DNA from: an uncultured Chloroflexota bacterium
Lineage (GTDB): Bacteria; Chloroflexota; Chloroflexia; Thermomicrobiales; UBA6265
Direction of reading: 5' to 3'
Assembly (NCBI GenBank): GCA_937901745.1
Contig: CALGSZ010000105.1
Span: 122,028-186,027, forward strand
Length of the DNA stretch: 64,000 bases
The first letter of the stretch is position 1, and each line of letters opens with the position of its first letter. Of the stretch, positions 19,778 to 29,437 are shown piece after piece. Position numbers and translations under genes: made by a program. The notes beneath the pieces were generated by a model. That model did no database searches. It was not told the origin of the DNA and saw nothing but the letters and a program-made list of their open reading frames with translations.

Positions 19778-20989
19778 CTAGCGCAGCGGCGGCGCGAGGC
19801 TGACATTCGGATCGGCCCAGCGCTCGTTCGGCACCAGCGCGAACCAATCCGGCCGCCCCGGATCGCGGTCGTACTGGTAGCCGCCTAACTCGCGGTACAG
19901 CTCCGAGTATTGCCGCAGCTTCTCCCGGTCGAGCCGGACACCGAGTCCCGGCCCGTCCGGCACGCGGATCGCGCCGCCCTCGTAGCGCAGCGGCCCGCCC
20001 TCGATCACGTCGTCGCGCAGGTGATGGTAGTGCGCGTCGGCGGCGAACGCGAGATTCGGCAGCACCGCGCCGAGGTGGAGCATCGTCGCCAGCTGGATGC
20101 CCAACTCTCCGGACGAATGGACGGCGATGCCGAGCTGGAATGTCTCGCACACGCCCGCCGCCTTGATGCACGGCCGAATTCCGCCCCAGAAGGTGGTGTC
20201 CAGCAGGATCACGTCGACGGCCAAATCGAGGATGTTCGCCGCCAGCTGCTCAAAGTTGACGACGACAGTATTTGTCGCGAGCGGCACCCCGACCATGCTG
20301 CGAACCCGGCGCATCCCGTTCAGCCCCCAGGTCGGGTCTTCGAGATAGTCGTTCCGCAGGTCGGCGATCGCCTGCCCGAAGCGGATACTCTCCTCGACGC
20401 TCAGGGCCGCATTCGGATCGTAGCGCAGGCTGTCCTCCGGGAACGCCTCCGCCAGAGCCCGGTAGCACTCAAGCTCGTAGTCCGGCGGGAACACTCCCCC
20501 TTTCAGCTTGTGGCTGGTGAAGCCGTGCTTCGACTTGAGATCGGCGGCGTGCAGCACGAGTTGCTCGACCGTGCGGACCTCGCCCTCCCCCGTCTCCGGG
20601 TCTGGATAGCGATAGAAGAGATAGCTGGCGAAGGGGACGGCGTCGCGCAACCGCCCGCCGAGTAGGTCACAGACCGGCACGCCGAGCTTCTGGCCGATCA
20701 GGTCCAGGCATGCGAACTCAATCGCGGCGTGCAGCTGGGTGCGATTGTTGTAGAGGCTCGCCGTCGGGTTGCAGATCTTGAAGCGCAGCGCCTCGAGCTC
20801 GAACGGGTTGTGTCCAACCAGATACTGCTTGAGCCCTTGGAACGCGAGCTCGGCGCTCTCGCCACCGCCGCCCATCTCGCCGAGGCCGACGTACCCATCG
20901 TCCGTCTCAACCTCGACGATGGTGCGGACGAACCGCCCCCAGTGAGCGCCGTTGCTGTGGCGCAGCGGCGCTTCCAGCGGCACAGTCAC
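19778..20989 (-). CDS. Enolase-superfamily dehydratase (glucarate dehydratase-like); true start probably CTG-21019
   Basis: Motifs LGEMGGG and SHKLKGGVF. The track start GTG-20989 lacks an SD. In-frame CTG-21019 has AAGGAG 7 nt upstream and restores an [15 protein letters not shown]-type N-terminus. Confidence 0.85.
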   Translation of the reverse strand: MTVPLEAPLRHSNGAHWGRFVRTIVEVETDDGYVGLGEMGGGGESAELAFQGLKQYLVGHNPFELEALRFKICNPTASLYNNRTQLHAAIEFACLDLIGQKLGVPVCDLLGGRLRDAVPFASYLFYRYPDPETGEGEVRTVEQLVLHAADLKSKHGFTSHKLKGGVFPPDYELECYRALAEAFPEDSLRYDPNAALSVEESIRFGQAIADLRNDYLEDPTWGLNGMRRVRSMVGVPLATNTVVVNFEQLAANILDLAVDVILLDTTFWGGIRPCIKAAGVCETFQLGIAVHSSGELGIQLATMLHLGAVLPNLAFAADAHYHHLRDDVIEGGPLRYEGGAIRVPDGPGLGVRLDREKLRQYSELYRELGGYQYDRDPGRPDWFALVPNERWADPNVSLAPPLR

Positions 20990-21386
20990 CGTCGTCGCGC
21001 GGATATCTACGATCTTCAGGGCACCGCTCCTTGTCGCTGAAACGAAGAGCCGCTAGCGAGCGGGCGACGGGCACCATTGTCCCGGCTCGATGAGCCGGCA
21101 CAGCTCAGGTGCGCCAGCGAGCGCCCGCCACCTCGCGCAACCGTGACGCCCACGACGTGGCCGCGACCGGCGCTCCGGGTCACTGCCCGCATAGCGCCGA
21201 CTGACCTCGGCGCCGGTCGCTATTCACTCGCCCGCTCAATGTGCGGCATCTTACGAAATCTGGCAGATCAATGGAGCCACACTCAGACGCGCACCGATGA
21301 GCGCTGCTCGCGGTGTGGCTCAAAGAGAACGAACGCTGAGCGCCACTTGACGGCATCGCCCAGTCACGGGAGACACGCGGCGAATC

Positions 21387-22298
21387 TCATTCTGTCGGCT
21401 CGGGCTCGCTGACGCGCCGGGTGCTCGCAAGCTGAGGCTCATCATCAGCGACCGGCGCTGGCTCCTCCGGCGCGGTCGGCTCCGGCTGGGGAGCGGCCGG
21501 CGCCCCTTCAGGCGCTGGCGAGGGTCCGGCTCGTCGCCCATCCGGGCCGAAGCGGCTTATAAACGCACCCAGCATATCGATGGGGAGCGGGAAGACGACG
21601 GTCGTATTTCGCTCCGCGCCGATCTCTGTCAGCGTTTGCAGGTACCTCAACTGGATCGCAATGGGATTCTGGTAGATGACCTCGGCGGCCTCGGCCAGCT
21701 GCCGGCTCGCCTGGTACTCACCTTCAGCGTGGATAATCTTGGCGCGCTTCTCCCGCTCCGCCTCCGCCTGCCGGGCCATCGCCCGCTGCATGGTTTGCGG
21801 CAGCTCGACATCCTTGACTTCGACCACGCTGACCTTCACGCCCCAGGGCTCGGTCTGCTCATCAATGATGCGCTGCAGCTCTTGATTGATCTTGTCCCGT
21901 TCGGCAAGCAACTCATCGAGCACGGACTGGCCGAGAATGCTCCGCAGCGTCGTCTGCGCGATCTGTGACGTCGCGCGGATGTAGTCGGCCACGTTGACGA
22001 CGGCCGCGTTCGGATCAACGACGCGGAAATACGCGACCGCATTGACGCGGACGGTGACGTTGTCCCGCGTGATCACCTCTTGCGCGGGCACGTCCATCGT
22101 CACGGTCCGCAAATCCACCTTCTCCATCCGCTCGATGAAGGGGATCAGGAGGATCAGGCCCGGACCGCGCGTCCCGACCAGGCGACCCAAGCGGAAGACG
22201 ACGCCCCGCTCATATTCCTTGACCACCTTGATCGCCGCTGAGAGGACGATCAAGAGGAAAAGGACAACAACAAGGACCGCGATACCTAAACCCGTCAT
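21387..22298 (-). CDS. SPFH/band-7 (stomatin-like) membrane protein
   Basis: 303-aa ORF. N-terminal TM, SPFH core [15 protein letters not shown]...[13 protein letters not shown], and coiled region [17 protein letters not shown]. Confidence 0.9.
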   Translation of the reverse strand: MTGLGIAVLVVVLFLLIVLSAAIKVVKEYERGVVFRLGRLVGTRGPGLILLIPFIERMEKVDLRTVTMDVPAQEVITRDNVTVRVNAVAYFRVVDPNAAVVNVADYIRATSQIAQTTLRSILGQSVLDELLAERDKINQELQRIIDEQTEPWGVKVSVVEVKDVELPQTMQRAMARQAEAEREKRAKIIHAEGEYQASRQLAEAAEVIYQNPIAIQLRYLQTLTEIGAERNTTVVFPLPIDMLGAFISRFGPDGRRAGPSPAPEGAPAAPQPEPTAPEEPAPVADDEPQLASTRRVSEPEPTE

Positions 22299-22362
22299 AG
22301 CTGACTCCTACGCGGCGCGCCGCCGAAAGCGCCACGCCGAATGCGCCGAATTGAATCGCTGC

Positions 22363-23865
22363 TCAAGAGGCCGAGGCCGGTCCTTCGGCACGCGGCGCGG
22401 CGCCCGCCTGCTCACCGATTGGAATCACGCCGCGCCGATCTCCCACCTGACTGCGCTCGCGGCCCCACGCCAGATCCTCAGCGGTCGCCGGCCGCACTGT
22501 CAGCCGCAGGCCATTGACGCGCGTCACTACAACCGGCGTGCCAACCGGCAACTCAGCGGTTCCGCCCGGCTCCAGCGTCGCTCGCCATAGCTCGCCCTGC
22601 ACCCAGACCATGCCGGAGGGCTTGAGCGGCTGCCTCACCTCCGCGATCTCCCCGATGAGCGATTCCTTGCCGGTCGCCGGCGGCCGGAATCGCGCCCGCA
22701 CCACCGACCAGCCGAGGAAGAGGGCGAACGCGAGCAGGCATGCGGTAAGCGCCCAAATGGCCGTCCGCGAGACTTCGTAGCCCGGCGCCGCTTCGTCTCC
22801 GAAGAGGAGGTACGACCCGATCACGAAACTGACGAGCCCACCGACGGTCAGCAATCCGAGCGACGGCACGAAGAGATCCACAATGAGCAGGATGAACGCC
22901 AGCCCGATGAGCAGGACGCCCGTCCAATTGACCGACAACGTGCCGAGAGCGAACAGTCCGAGCAGGAGCGCGATCCCCCCGGCGACGCCCGGCAGCGTGA
23001 TGCCGGGATTGGAAAGCTCGATCCAGATGCCGAGGAGACCAAGGCTGAGCAGAAGGTAGGCGATCGTCGGATCCGCGATGAGCTGGAGGAACTGCTCGAA
23101 GACATTCATCTCCAGTTCCCGCGTCTCGGCGCCACGTGTCGCGAGTGTAGCCGTGCCTTCGGCCATTTGGACCGTTCGGCCGTCGATCGCCTCGAGCAAC
23201 GTCGGCAGATCCGGCGCGAGCAGATCGACGACACCGATCGCGGCGGCTTCATCGGCAGTGATGTTGTCGGCCTCCCGCACCGCCTTCTCCGCCCACTCGA
23301 CGTTGCGGCCACGCAACTCCGCGAGGTTCTTGATCTGGCTGACCGCGTCGTTCGTAACCTTGCGCTGCAAGGTCTCGTCGCCGTCGCTCGCGCTCCCATC
23401 ACTGTCGAGGAAGATGGGGGAAGCTGAGCCGATGTTCGTTCCAGGAGCCATCGCTGCCACGTGCGCGGCATAGGTAATGAAGACGCCGGCCGAAGCCGCG
23501 CGCGCTCCCCTTGGCGCGACGTAAACGACGACCGGCACATCGCTTTCGAGGATGTCGCGGATGATGTCGTCCATCGCTGAGCTGAGCCCACCCGGCGTGT
23601 CCATCTGCAGGACGAGGGCCGCGGCGTTGTCGCGCTCAGCGCGAGCGATCGCTCGCTCCACGTAGCGAGCCATGACCGGCGTGATGGTGCCGTCTACATG
23701 AGCAACGATCACGCGGCGCTCGCTTTGAGCGGTCGCAAGCTCGGCAAAGGGCTGCGCGGCCAACCCAACGACGGCCACGAGGATGGCGATCAGCGAGAGC
23801 CAGCGCAGCACTGGGAGATCTCCAATTGGTGAACGTGGAATGAGGCGCGCTTGCCGGCAGGACAT
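22363..23865 (-). CDS. NfeD-family membrane-bound serine protease (long form)
   Basis: 500-aa ORF. N-terminal ClpP-like domain (VVVYVAPRGARAASAGVFI), a central multi-TM block, and a C-terminal OB-like NfeD domain (VWVQGELWRA...VVVTRVNGLRLTVRP). It lies directly upstream of the SPFH gene. Confidence 0.85.
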   Translation of the reverse strand: MSCRQARLIPRSPIGDLPVLRWLSLIAILVAVVGLAAQPFAELATAQSERRVIVAHVDGTITPVMARYVERAIARAERDNAAALVLQMDTPGGLSSAMDDIIRDILESDVPVVVYVAPRGARAASAGVFITYAAHVAAMAPGTNIGSASPIFLDSDGSASDGDETLQRKVTNDAVSQIKNLAELRGRNVEWAEKAVREADNITADEAAAIGVVDLLAPDLPTLLEAIDGRTVQMAEGTATLATRGAETRELEMNVFEQFLQLIADPTIAYLLLSLGLLGIWIELSNPGITLPGVAGGIALLLGLFALGTLSVNWTGVLLIGLAFILLIVDLFVPSLGLLTVGGLVSFVIGSYLLFGDEAAPGYEVSRTAIWALTACLLAFALFLGWSVVRARFRPPATGKESLIGEIAEVRQPLKPSGMVWVQGELWRATLEPGGTAELPVGTPVVVTRVNGLRLTVRPATAEDLAWGRERSQVGDRRGVIPIGEQAGAAPRAEGPASAS

Positions 23866-23997
23866 CGTCGTCCCTCCTTGTTTTCATACAAAGTGTACGC
23901 TGAAGCCGGGCTTACGGGCGCGCCGTAGGGGAAAGCGAGAGGCCGCTCACGTGCTGAGCGGCCCCGGTGCGCCGTGTCTTTCGTCTTGCGACTGGAT

Positions 23998-24873
23998 TTA
24001 GAGCTCGTGGACGAGGATGATGATCGCGCTCGGGATCGTCAGCAGAACGGCCCCGATCAGTGCCGCCCAGAAGAGCTGCCGCTGCCGGCGAGTCCCCATC
24101 TTCCAGAAGTCGATCAGGATGATCCGGATGCCGTTCAGCGCGTGGTAGAGCACCGCGCCGACCAGCAGGATCTCCATCGGCAGGAGGAACGGGTTGGAAT
24201 AGAACTCGACCGAATCGTTGTAAACCCCCTGGCCGAGCCCGATGAGCATGATGTCGATGATGTGGACGAGGAGGAAGAAGAGGACACCAATGCCCGTCGC
24301 CCGGTGAAGCGCGAAGGCATACTGCCCGAGATCTCCGGCATAGATCGGACGCACGCCGCTTTGGAGGGACCGCCCGACCCAAACGATCAGTGCGATCGCG
24401 CCGACGTACGTCGCAATCGCGAAGACGAAGAGGGAATAGCCGAGGATGTCTGCCAGCCAGAGCGGCCCTTCCTTCGCCGCCGCCTCATCGGCGTCGAAGG
24501 TGACGACGGTGATCGTGCCGAGGACGGTGAAAATCAGCCCGAGAACCCAGACCGTCGAGTGGCCGAAAACGCGCCAGCCGGCTGACCGGATGTAGTCGGT
24601 CACCACGACCCGGAGCCCCATCAGGCCGTGCCAGAGCGCCATTAGGAGCAGGGTCCAGTCGAACGCGCGCCAGAGCGGATTGGACCAGCGGTCAGCGACG
24701 AACTCGAACGTCGTCTCTGACGGGACATTGAGGTAGTGGGTGATGAAGATGTGGCCGAGCGCGAGGACGACGAGGAGGACGCCGGACACCCGGAAGAAGT
24801 ACCAGGCTAGCTGATCGGCTCCTGGCACACTTGCCCCGGATCCCGACCGTGTCCGCTCCGTCAGTACCGCCAT
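23998..24873 (-). CDS. Fused SdhD-like / SdhC-like membrane b-type cytochrome (succinate dehydrogenase anchor-like), orphan
   Basis: ATG-24873 follows GGGAGGAGGGGAGG. The N-half WHGLMGLRVVVTDYIRS resembles SdhD. The C-half ALHRATGIGVLF and YHALNGIRIILIDFW resembles SdhC. No sdhA or sdhB is adjacent. Confidence 0.65.
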   Translation of the reverse strand: MAVLTERTRSGSGASVPGADQLAWYFFRVSGVLLVVLALGHIFITHYLNVPSETTFEFVADRWSNPLWRAFDWTLLLMALWHGLMGLRVVVTDYIRSAGWRVFGHSTVWVLGLIFTVLGTITVVTFDADEAAAKEGPLWLADILGYSLFVFAIATYVGAIALIVWVGRSLQSGVRPIYAGDLGQYAFALHRATGIGVLFFLLVHIIDIMLIGLGQGVYNDSVEFYSNPFLLPMEILLVGAVLYHALNGIRIILIDFWKMGTRRQRQLFWAALIGAVLLTIPSAIIILVHEL

Positions 24874-25243
24874 CGGCCTCCCCTCCTCCCTCGCCACTCC
24901 CCGTGGCACGCGGCACATCTCCGCCGCGGATTCAGCAGGCGCCGCATCCGCGCTCACCCGGCGCGGAGCGATCCATATGTCGCGATTGGTCGCGTCAATC
25001 CGCGAACCGGCGCTCGACGCACTGCCCGAACGCTTTTCCAACGCGACATTGTACGACCAAGTGTCGTTGCTCGCGGGGCACTCATTCGCGAACCTACTTC
25101 GCCAAGTCTGGGCCACGATAATGGCGGCAAGTTATGACAAGAGGGTGCGCAATTTGGCGCTTGGCCGTCATACTGTTAGCCACAGGACGCCGCTTCACGG
25201 CCGCGCCGCGGCTGACTCATGCGAAAGGGAGAACGCGACCAAC

Positions 25244-25672
25244 GTGATATCGACCAATGACCGGAGCCGAGGCTCGCATCGCCTCCTCTCCTTCGCCCCC
25301 GCTGTCGCCTGGATGGCGGTGATCTTCGCCCTGTCCTCGCGACCGTCGCTCCCGACCGGCGGTATTGGGGCAGTTTCCATCCTCGGCCACTTCGGCGTCT
25401 ATGCCGTGCTGGCCGCGCTTCTCTTCTGGGGCTTACGGCGCGAGGGATTGCCACTCCGGCGCGCGGCGTTGTTCAGCTTCGCGATCGCGGTCCTCTACGG
25501 CGTCTCCGACGAGGTGCACCAAGACTTCGTCCCGGGCCGCGATCCCGATCCTCTCGATCTCCTCGTCGATGCAGTCGGCGCGGCGACGGCGCTCGGCGCG
25601 ATCGCGCTCTGGCTCACATCGCGTCAGTCTGGGCTCCAAAGTCGAGTGGAGACGCGCGGCGCCACCAAATAA
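25244..25672 (+). CDS. VanZ-family membrane protein
   Basis: Motif VSDEVHQDFVPGRDPDPLDLLVDAVGA. GTG-25244 follows AAAGGGAG. The longer track ORF from 24977 is unsupported. Confidence 0.7.
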   Translation: MISTNDRSRGSHRLLSFAPAVAWMAVIFALSSRPSLPTGGIGAVSILGHFGVYAVLAALLFWGLRREGLPLRRAALFSFAIAVLYGVSDEVHQDFVPGRDPDPLDLLVDAVGAATALGAIALWLTSRQSGLQSRVETRGATK

Positions 25673-25708
25673 GCGCGCCAAACGCGCACGCGGGCGGCGC
25701 GCTTCGAG

Positions 25709-26590
25709 CTAGTCAACGGTCGGGTGGCGACCCAGACCGGCGGGCGGCCGGGAATGCCGCACCAACCCGGTGATGGCAATGAGCGTCAGCAGATACGGCA
25801 GCGCCAGGAGCAGATCCGCCGAGATGCCGACCCCGGCCGCTTGCGCCTGAACCTGGAACGCCTGCGCCCCGGCGAAGAGGAGCGTCGCGGCCAGCGTGCC
25901 GAGCGGGTTCCAGTTGCCGAAGATCACCGCGGCGAGGGCGATGAAGCCACGCCCCTGGGTCATGTCGCGGGTGAAGAGCGAGAGGTCGCCGATCGACAGG
26001 AAAGCGCCCCCGATCCCAGCCAGGACGCCGCTGGCGATGACGCAGGCATAGCGATAGCCCGAGACGCGGATGCCGACGCTCTCCGCCGCCTGCGGATGCT
26101 CCCCAGCCGCCTGGATCCGCAGCCCTGGTTTCGTCCGCTCCAGCAGGTACCAGACGACGGGAACGAGGAGAAACGCGACCGGCACCAGTATGCTGACGCC
26201 GCTCGCGATCATCGGCAGTTTCTCTACGGACGGCGTGCGCCCCGCCTGCTCCCAGAGGCGCTGCATCAAGAAGATCGGGATTCCGGCGCCGAGGAGGTTG
26301 AGCGCGATGCCAGCGACGATCTGGTCCGCCCGCAGCGAGATGCACCAGACGGCGTGGATCGCCGCGCCGGCTGCCGCCGCCAGAGCGCCACACAACAGGC
26401 CGAGAAACGGATCGTGCAAGTAGTACGTCCCGGCGACAGCAGTGAACGCGCCGAGCAGCATGAAACCTTCGAGCGCGATGTTCATCACGCCAGAGCGCTC
26501 GGAGAGAAGCCCCCCAAGCGCCGCGAAGAGGAGCGGCGTCGCCGTCCGCAGGACCGCTGTCAGTAGTTCGACCGTGAAGAAATCGCCCAT
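25709..26590 (-). CDS. ABC transporter permease (BMP/nucleoside-type, second permease)
   Basis: 294 aa starting at ATG-26590 (MGDFFTVELL) behind GGGGAG. Multi-TM. The upstream 375 aa of the 669-aa track ORF are an out-of-frame read-through of the neighbouring gene. Confidence 0.85.
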   Translation of the reverse strand: MGDFFTVELLTAVLRTATPLLFAALGGLLSERSGVMNIALEGFMLLGAFTAVAGTYYLHDPFLGLLCGALAAAAGAAIHAVWCISLRADQIVAGIALNLLGAGIPIFLMQRLWEQAGRTPSVEKLPMIASGVSILVPVAFLLVPVVWYLLERTKPGLRIQAAGEHPQAAESVGIRVSGYRYACVIASGVLAGIGGAFLSIGDLSLFTRDMTQGRGFIALAAVIFGNWNPLGTLAATLLFAGAQAFQVQAQAAGVGISADLLLALPYLLTLIAITGLVRHSRPPAGLGRHPTVD

Positions 26591-26607
26591 TGCGTCTCCC
26601 CGGCCGC

Positions 26608-27759
26608 TCAAACGGGCGGCGTCGAGCCGGGCTCGACACCGATCGTCGTCGCCTCGCCCAGCGGTGCTTGCCGCGCCTGCGCCCGGCGCGCCCACCACGC
26701 CCGCAGCCGGCCCGCGGAGGCGAACGCCGCGACCGAGAGGATGATCACCCCCTGCAGGACGAGGACAAGCTCCTTGGAGGTGCCCGCGGTGTTCTGCATC
26801 TTGGTCGCTCCGCTCCGCAGCACACCGAAGAGGAACCCGGAGAGCACGACTCCGATCGGATGGTTCCGCCCGACGAGCCCGACCGCGATCGCCGTGAAGC
26901 CGTAGCCCTGCGGCGCTGAGATCTGCCGCCCGTGCAATCCCAAGGTCTCTCCGGCGCCGGCCAGCCCGCCCAGCACGCCGCTGACGAACATGGCGCCGGT
27001 TACGACTCTCCCCCAGGAAAACCCGGCGAACGCCGCAGCGCCTCGGCTGTAGCCCACTGTCCGCAAGCGGTAGCCCCAGGTCGTGCGGTAGAGCAGGAAC
27101 CAAAGAGCAAGCGCGGCCAGCACCGCCACGATGACGCCCGCGTGCAGGCGCGTTCGCTCCAGCAGAATCGGGAGCCGCGCCGCTGGTTGCACTGGTTCCG
27201 TTGCCTGCAGCTGCGGGTTGACCGGCAGCCAGCTCTCCGTCTTGGTCAGCACATAGGTCAGGAGACGGAAGGCGAGGTAATTGAGCATGATCGTCGTAAT
27301 CACTTCGTGGGCGCCGGAGAGCGATTTCAGCACGCCGGGAATTGCGCCCCACAGCCCGCCGGCCAAGGCCGCGACCAGCAGGGCCAGCGGCAAGAAGAGC
27401 ACTGGCGGCAAGCCAAGGTCGGCGGCGCCGATGAGACCGGCGGCGAGCCCGCCGATGACGATCTGCCCCTCGATGCCGATGTTGAACAGACCCGCCCGGA
27501 ACGCAACGGCGAATGCCAGCCCGCCGAGGACGTATGGCGCCGCGGCAACGAGCGTTTCGGCGATGCTCCGGCGATCGCCAAACGCCCCGGAGAGGAGCGC
27601 GCGGTACGCGGTCACCGGATCCTGGCCGGAGGCAAGGATCACCAGCGCCCCAAGCAGCAGAGCGACCGCGACCGCGCCGGCCGACGAAACGACGGTCAGC
27701 CCAAGGTGGCGCAGCCACCCGCTCGAATTAGTCCGCGGCCTGTCCGCCACCGCGCTCAT
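26608..27759 (-). CDS. ABC transporter permease (BMP/nucleoside-type, first permease)
   Basis: 383-aa multi-TM ORF containing the GLFNIGIEGQ block. It lies in an operon with the ATPase and the BMP binding protein. Confidence 0.85.
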   Translation of the reverse strand: MSAVADRPRTNSSGWLRHLGLTVVSSAGAVAVALLLGALVILASGQDPVTAYRALLSGAFGDRRSIAETLVAAAPYVLGGLAFAVAFRAGLFNIGIEGQIVIGGLAAGLIGAADLGLPPVLFLPLALLVAALAGGLWGAIPGVLKSLSGAHEVITTIMLNYLAFRLLTYVLTKTESWLPVNPQLQATEPVQPAARLPILLERTRLHAGVIVAVLAALALWFLLYRTTWGYRLRTVGYSRGAAAFAGFSWGRVVTGAMFVSGVLGGLAGAGETLGLHGRQISAPQGYGFTAIAVGLVGRNHPIGVVLSGFLFGVLRSGATKMQNTAGTSKELVLVLQGVIILSVAAFASAGRLRAWWARRAQARQAPLGEATTIGVEPGSTPPV

Positions 27760-29299
27760 CGCCGCCGCGGCCCCCCATCCGCAGTCCGATCTCGGTCCTG
27801 CTCACTTGCCCGCTCACGAATTCGCCCACGATGCGCCCCTGGTAGATGACGAGGATGCGATCGCTCAGGTCGAGGATTTCGTCCAAGTCGAAGGAGACCA
27901 GGAAGACGCCGCGACCACGCTCTCGCTGCTCGATCAGCTCGCGATGGACGAACTCGATCGCACCGACATCCAACCCGCGCGTCGGCTGCACGGCGAGCAG
28001 GACATCCGGCTCCCGCAGCAGCTCGCGCGCGATGATCAGTTTCTGTTGATTCCCGCCGGAGAGCGCCGCCGCCGGCACATCTGGACTCGGCGCGCGAACG
28101 TCGAACTCGCGCATCAATCGCTCGCACGTCTCCTCAGCCGCGCCGTAATCAATGCAGCCCCAGCGGCTGAACGGCGGGTCCTCGCTCGTGCCGAGCAAGA
28201 CGTTTTCCGTCAGCGAGAAGGGCAGCACGAGTCCACGATGATGCCGGTCTTCCGGGATGTAAGCGAGGCCGGCTCTGCGCAGCGTTCGCGGGTCCGCGCC
28301 GGTCAGGTCGCGCCCCTTGAGCATCACTCGGCCGGACTCCGGCGCGCGCAGGCCAGCCAACGCCTCGACCAGCTCGGTTTGCCCGTTCCCTTCGACGCCG
28401 CAGAGGCCAACGATCTCGCCGCGCCGCACACTGAAGCTGACGTCGTTGACGGCAGGGACGCCGCCCCGGCCGCGCACGACCAAGTTCTCGACGGCCAGCA
28501 CCGGCTCGCCCGGATGCGCGGGCGGCCGGTCCACGCGCAGCGAGACCTCCCGCCCGACCATCAGCTCGGCCAGCTCGCTCGGCGTGGTTTCGGCGGTGAC
28601 GCGCGTGCCGACCGTCTTGCCGCGCCGGATGACAGTGACGCGGTCGCTAATCGCCGCGACTTCGCGCAGCTTGTGCGTGATGAAGATGATCGTCCCGCCC
28701 GCCGCCCGCAGCCGCTCGAGCGTCTGGTAGAGCTCTTCGACTTCCTGCGGCGTCAGCAGCGCAGTCGGCTCATCGAGGATCAGGATGCGGCTGCCCTGAT
28801 AGAGCGCGCGCAGGATCTCGACCCGCTGCTGCATGCCGACCGGCAGATCCTCGACCCGCGCCCGTGGATCGACACGCAGCCCGAACGACTCCGCGAGCTC
28901 GCCGACTCGCCGTTCGGCGGCGTCACGATCGAGACGGAGCGTCCCGGTCCCTTCGAAGCCGAGGATGACATTCTCGGTAACCGTGAAGCGGTCGACGAGC
29001 ATGAAGTGCTGATGCACCATGCCCAGTCCGGCTTGCACGGCATCGCGAGGCGACTGGAATCGGACTGGACGGCCCTCGATGCGGATCTCGCCGGCATCCT
29101 GGTGGTAGAGGCCGAAGAGGATGTTCATCAGGGTCGTTTTGCCCGCGCCGTTCTCGCCGAGCAGGGCATGGATTTCCCCACGGCGGACGGCAAGATTGAC
29201 CCCGTCATTCGCCACGACGCCGGGAAAGCGCTTGACGATGCCACGCATCTCGACGGCGAGCGGCGCGGCATCGTCGCTCACCGTCATCGCTCGTGGCAT
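27728..29299 (-). CDS. ABC transporter ATP-binding protein, duplicated ATPase
   Basis: Two Walker A motifs (GENGAGKTTL, GVEGNGQTEL), signature motifs LPVGMQQRVE and LSGGNQQK, and Walker B ILILDEPT. Start is either the Met codon at 29299 or the one at 29287. Confidence 0.9.
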   Translation of the reverse strand: MPRAMTVSDDAAPLAVEMRGIVKRFPGVVANDGVNLAVRRGEIHALLGENGAGKTTLMNILFGLYHQDAGEIRIEGRPVRFQSPRDAVQAGLGMVHQHFMLVDRFTVTENVILGFEGTGTLRLDRDAAERRVGELAESFGLRVDPRARVEDLPVGMQQRVEILRALYQGSRILILDEPTALLTPQEVEELYQTLERLRAAGGTIIFITHKLREVAAISDRVTVIRRGKTVGTRVTAETTPSELAELMVGREVSLRVDRPPAHPGEPVLAVENLVVRGRGGVPAVNDVSFSVRRGEIVGLCGVEGNGQTELVEALAGLRAPESGRVMLKGRDLTGADPRTLRRAGLAYIPEDRHHRGLVLPFSLTENVLLGTSEDPPFSRWGCIDYGAAEETCERLMREFDVRAPSPDVPAAALSGGNQQKLIIARELLREPDVLLAVQPTRGLDVGAIEFVHRELIEQRERGRGVFLVSFDLDEILDLSDRILVIYQGRIVGEFVSGQVSRTEIGLRMGGRGGDERGGGQAAD

Positions 29300-29437
29300 G
29301 TCCGTCCGATCGACCGTCTCCACGCTGGTCCCTACGTCGTCCTCACGTGTCCTCGGCGCTCTACCGAGCCCAACATCACACGCCAAGGGCGCACGCGATG
29401 GTGCGCCCTGACGATTGAGTCATCAATCCGGCCGACG

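Noticed and set aside
26591-27718. N-terminal 375 aa of the 669-aa minus-strand ORF 25709..27718
   Set aside because: This part runs in a different frame through the well-supported permease gene 26608..27759 and is Arg/Gly/Ala junk. The real gene starts at ATG-26590 with its own SD.
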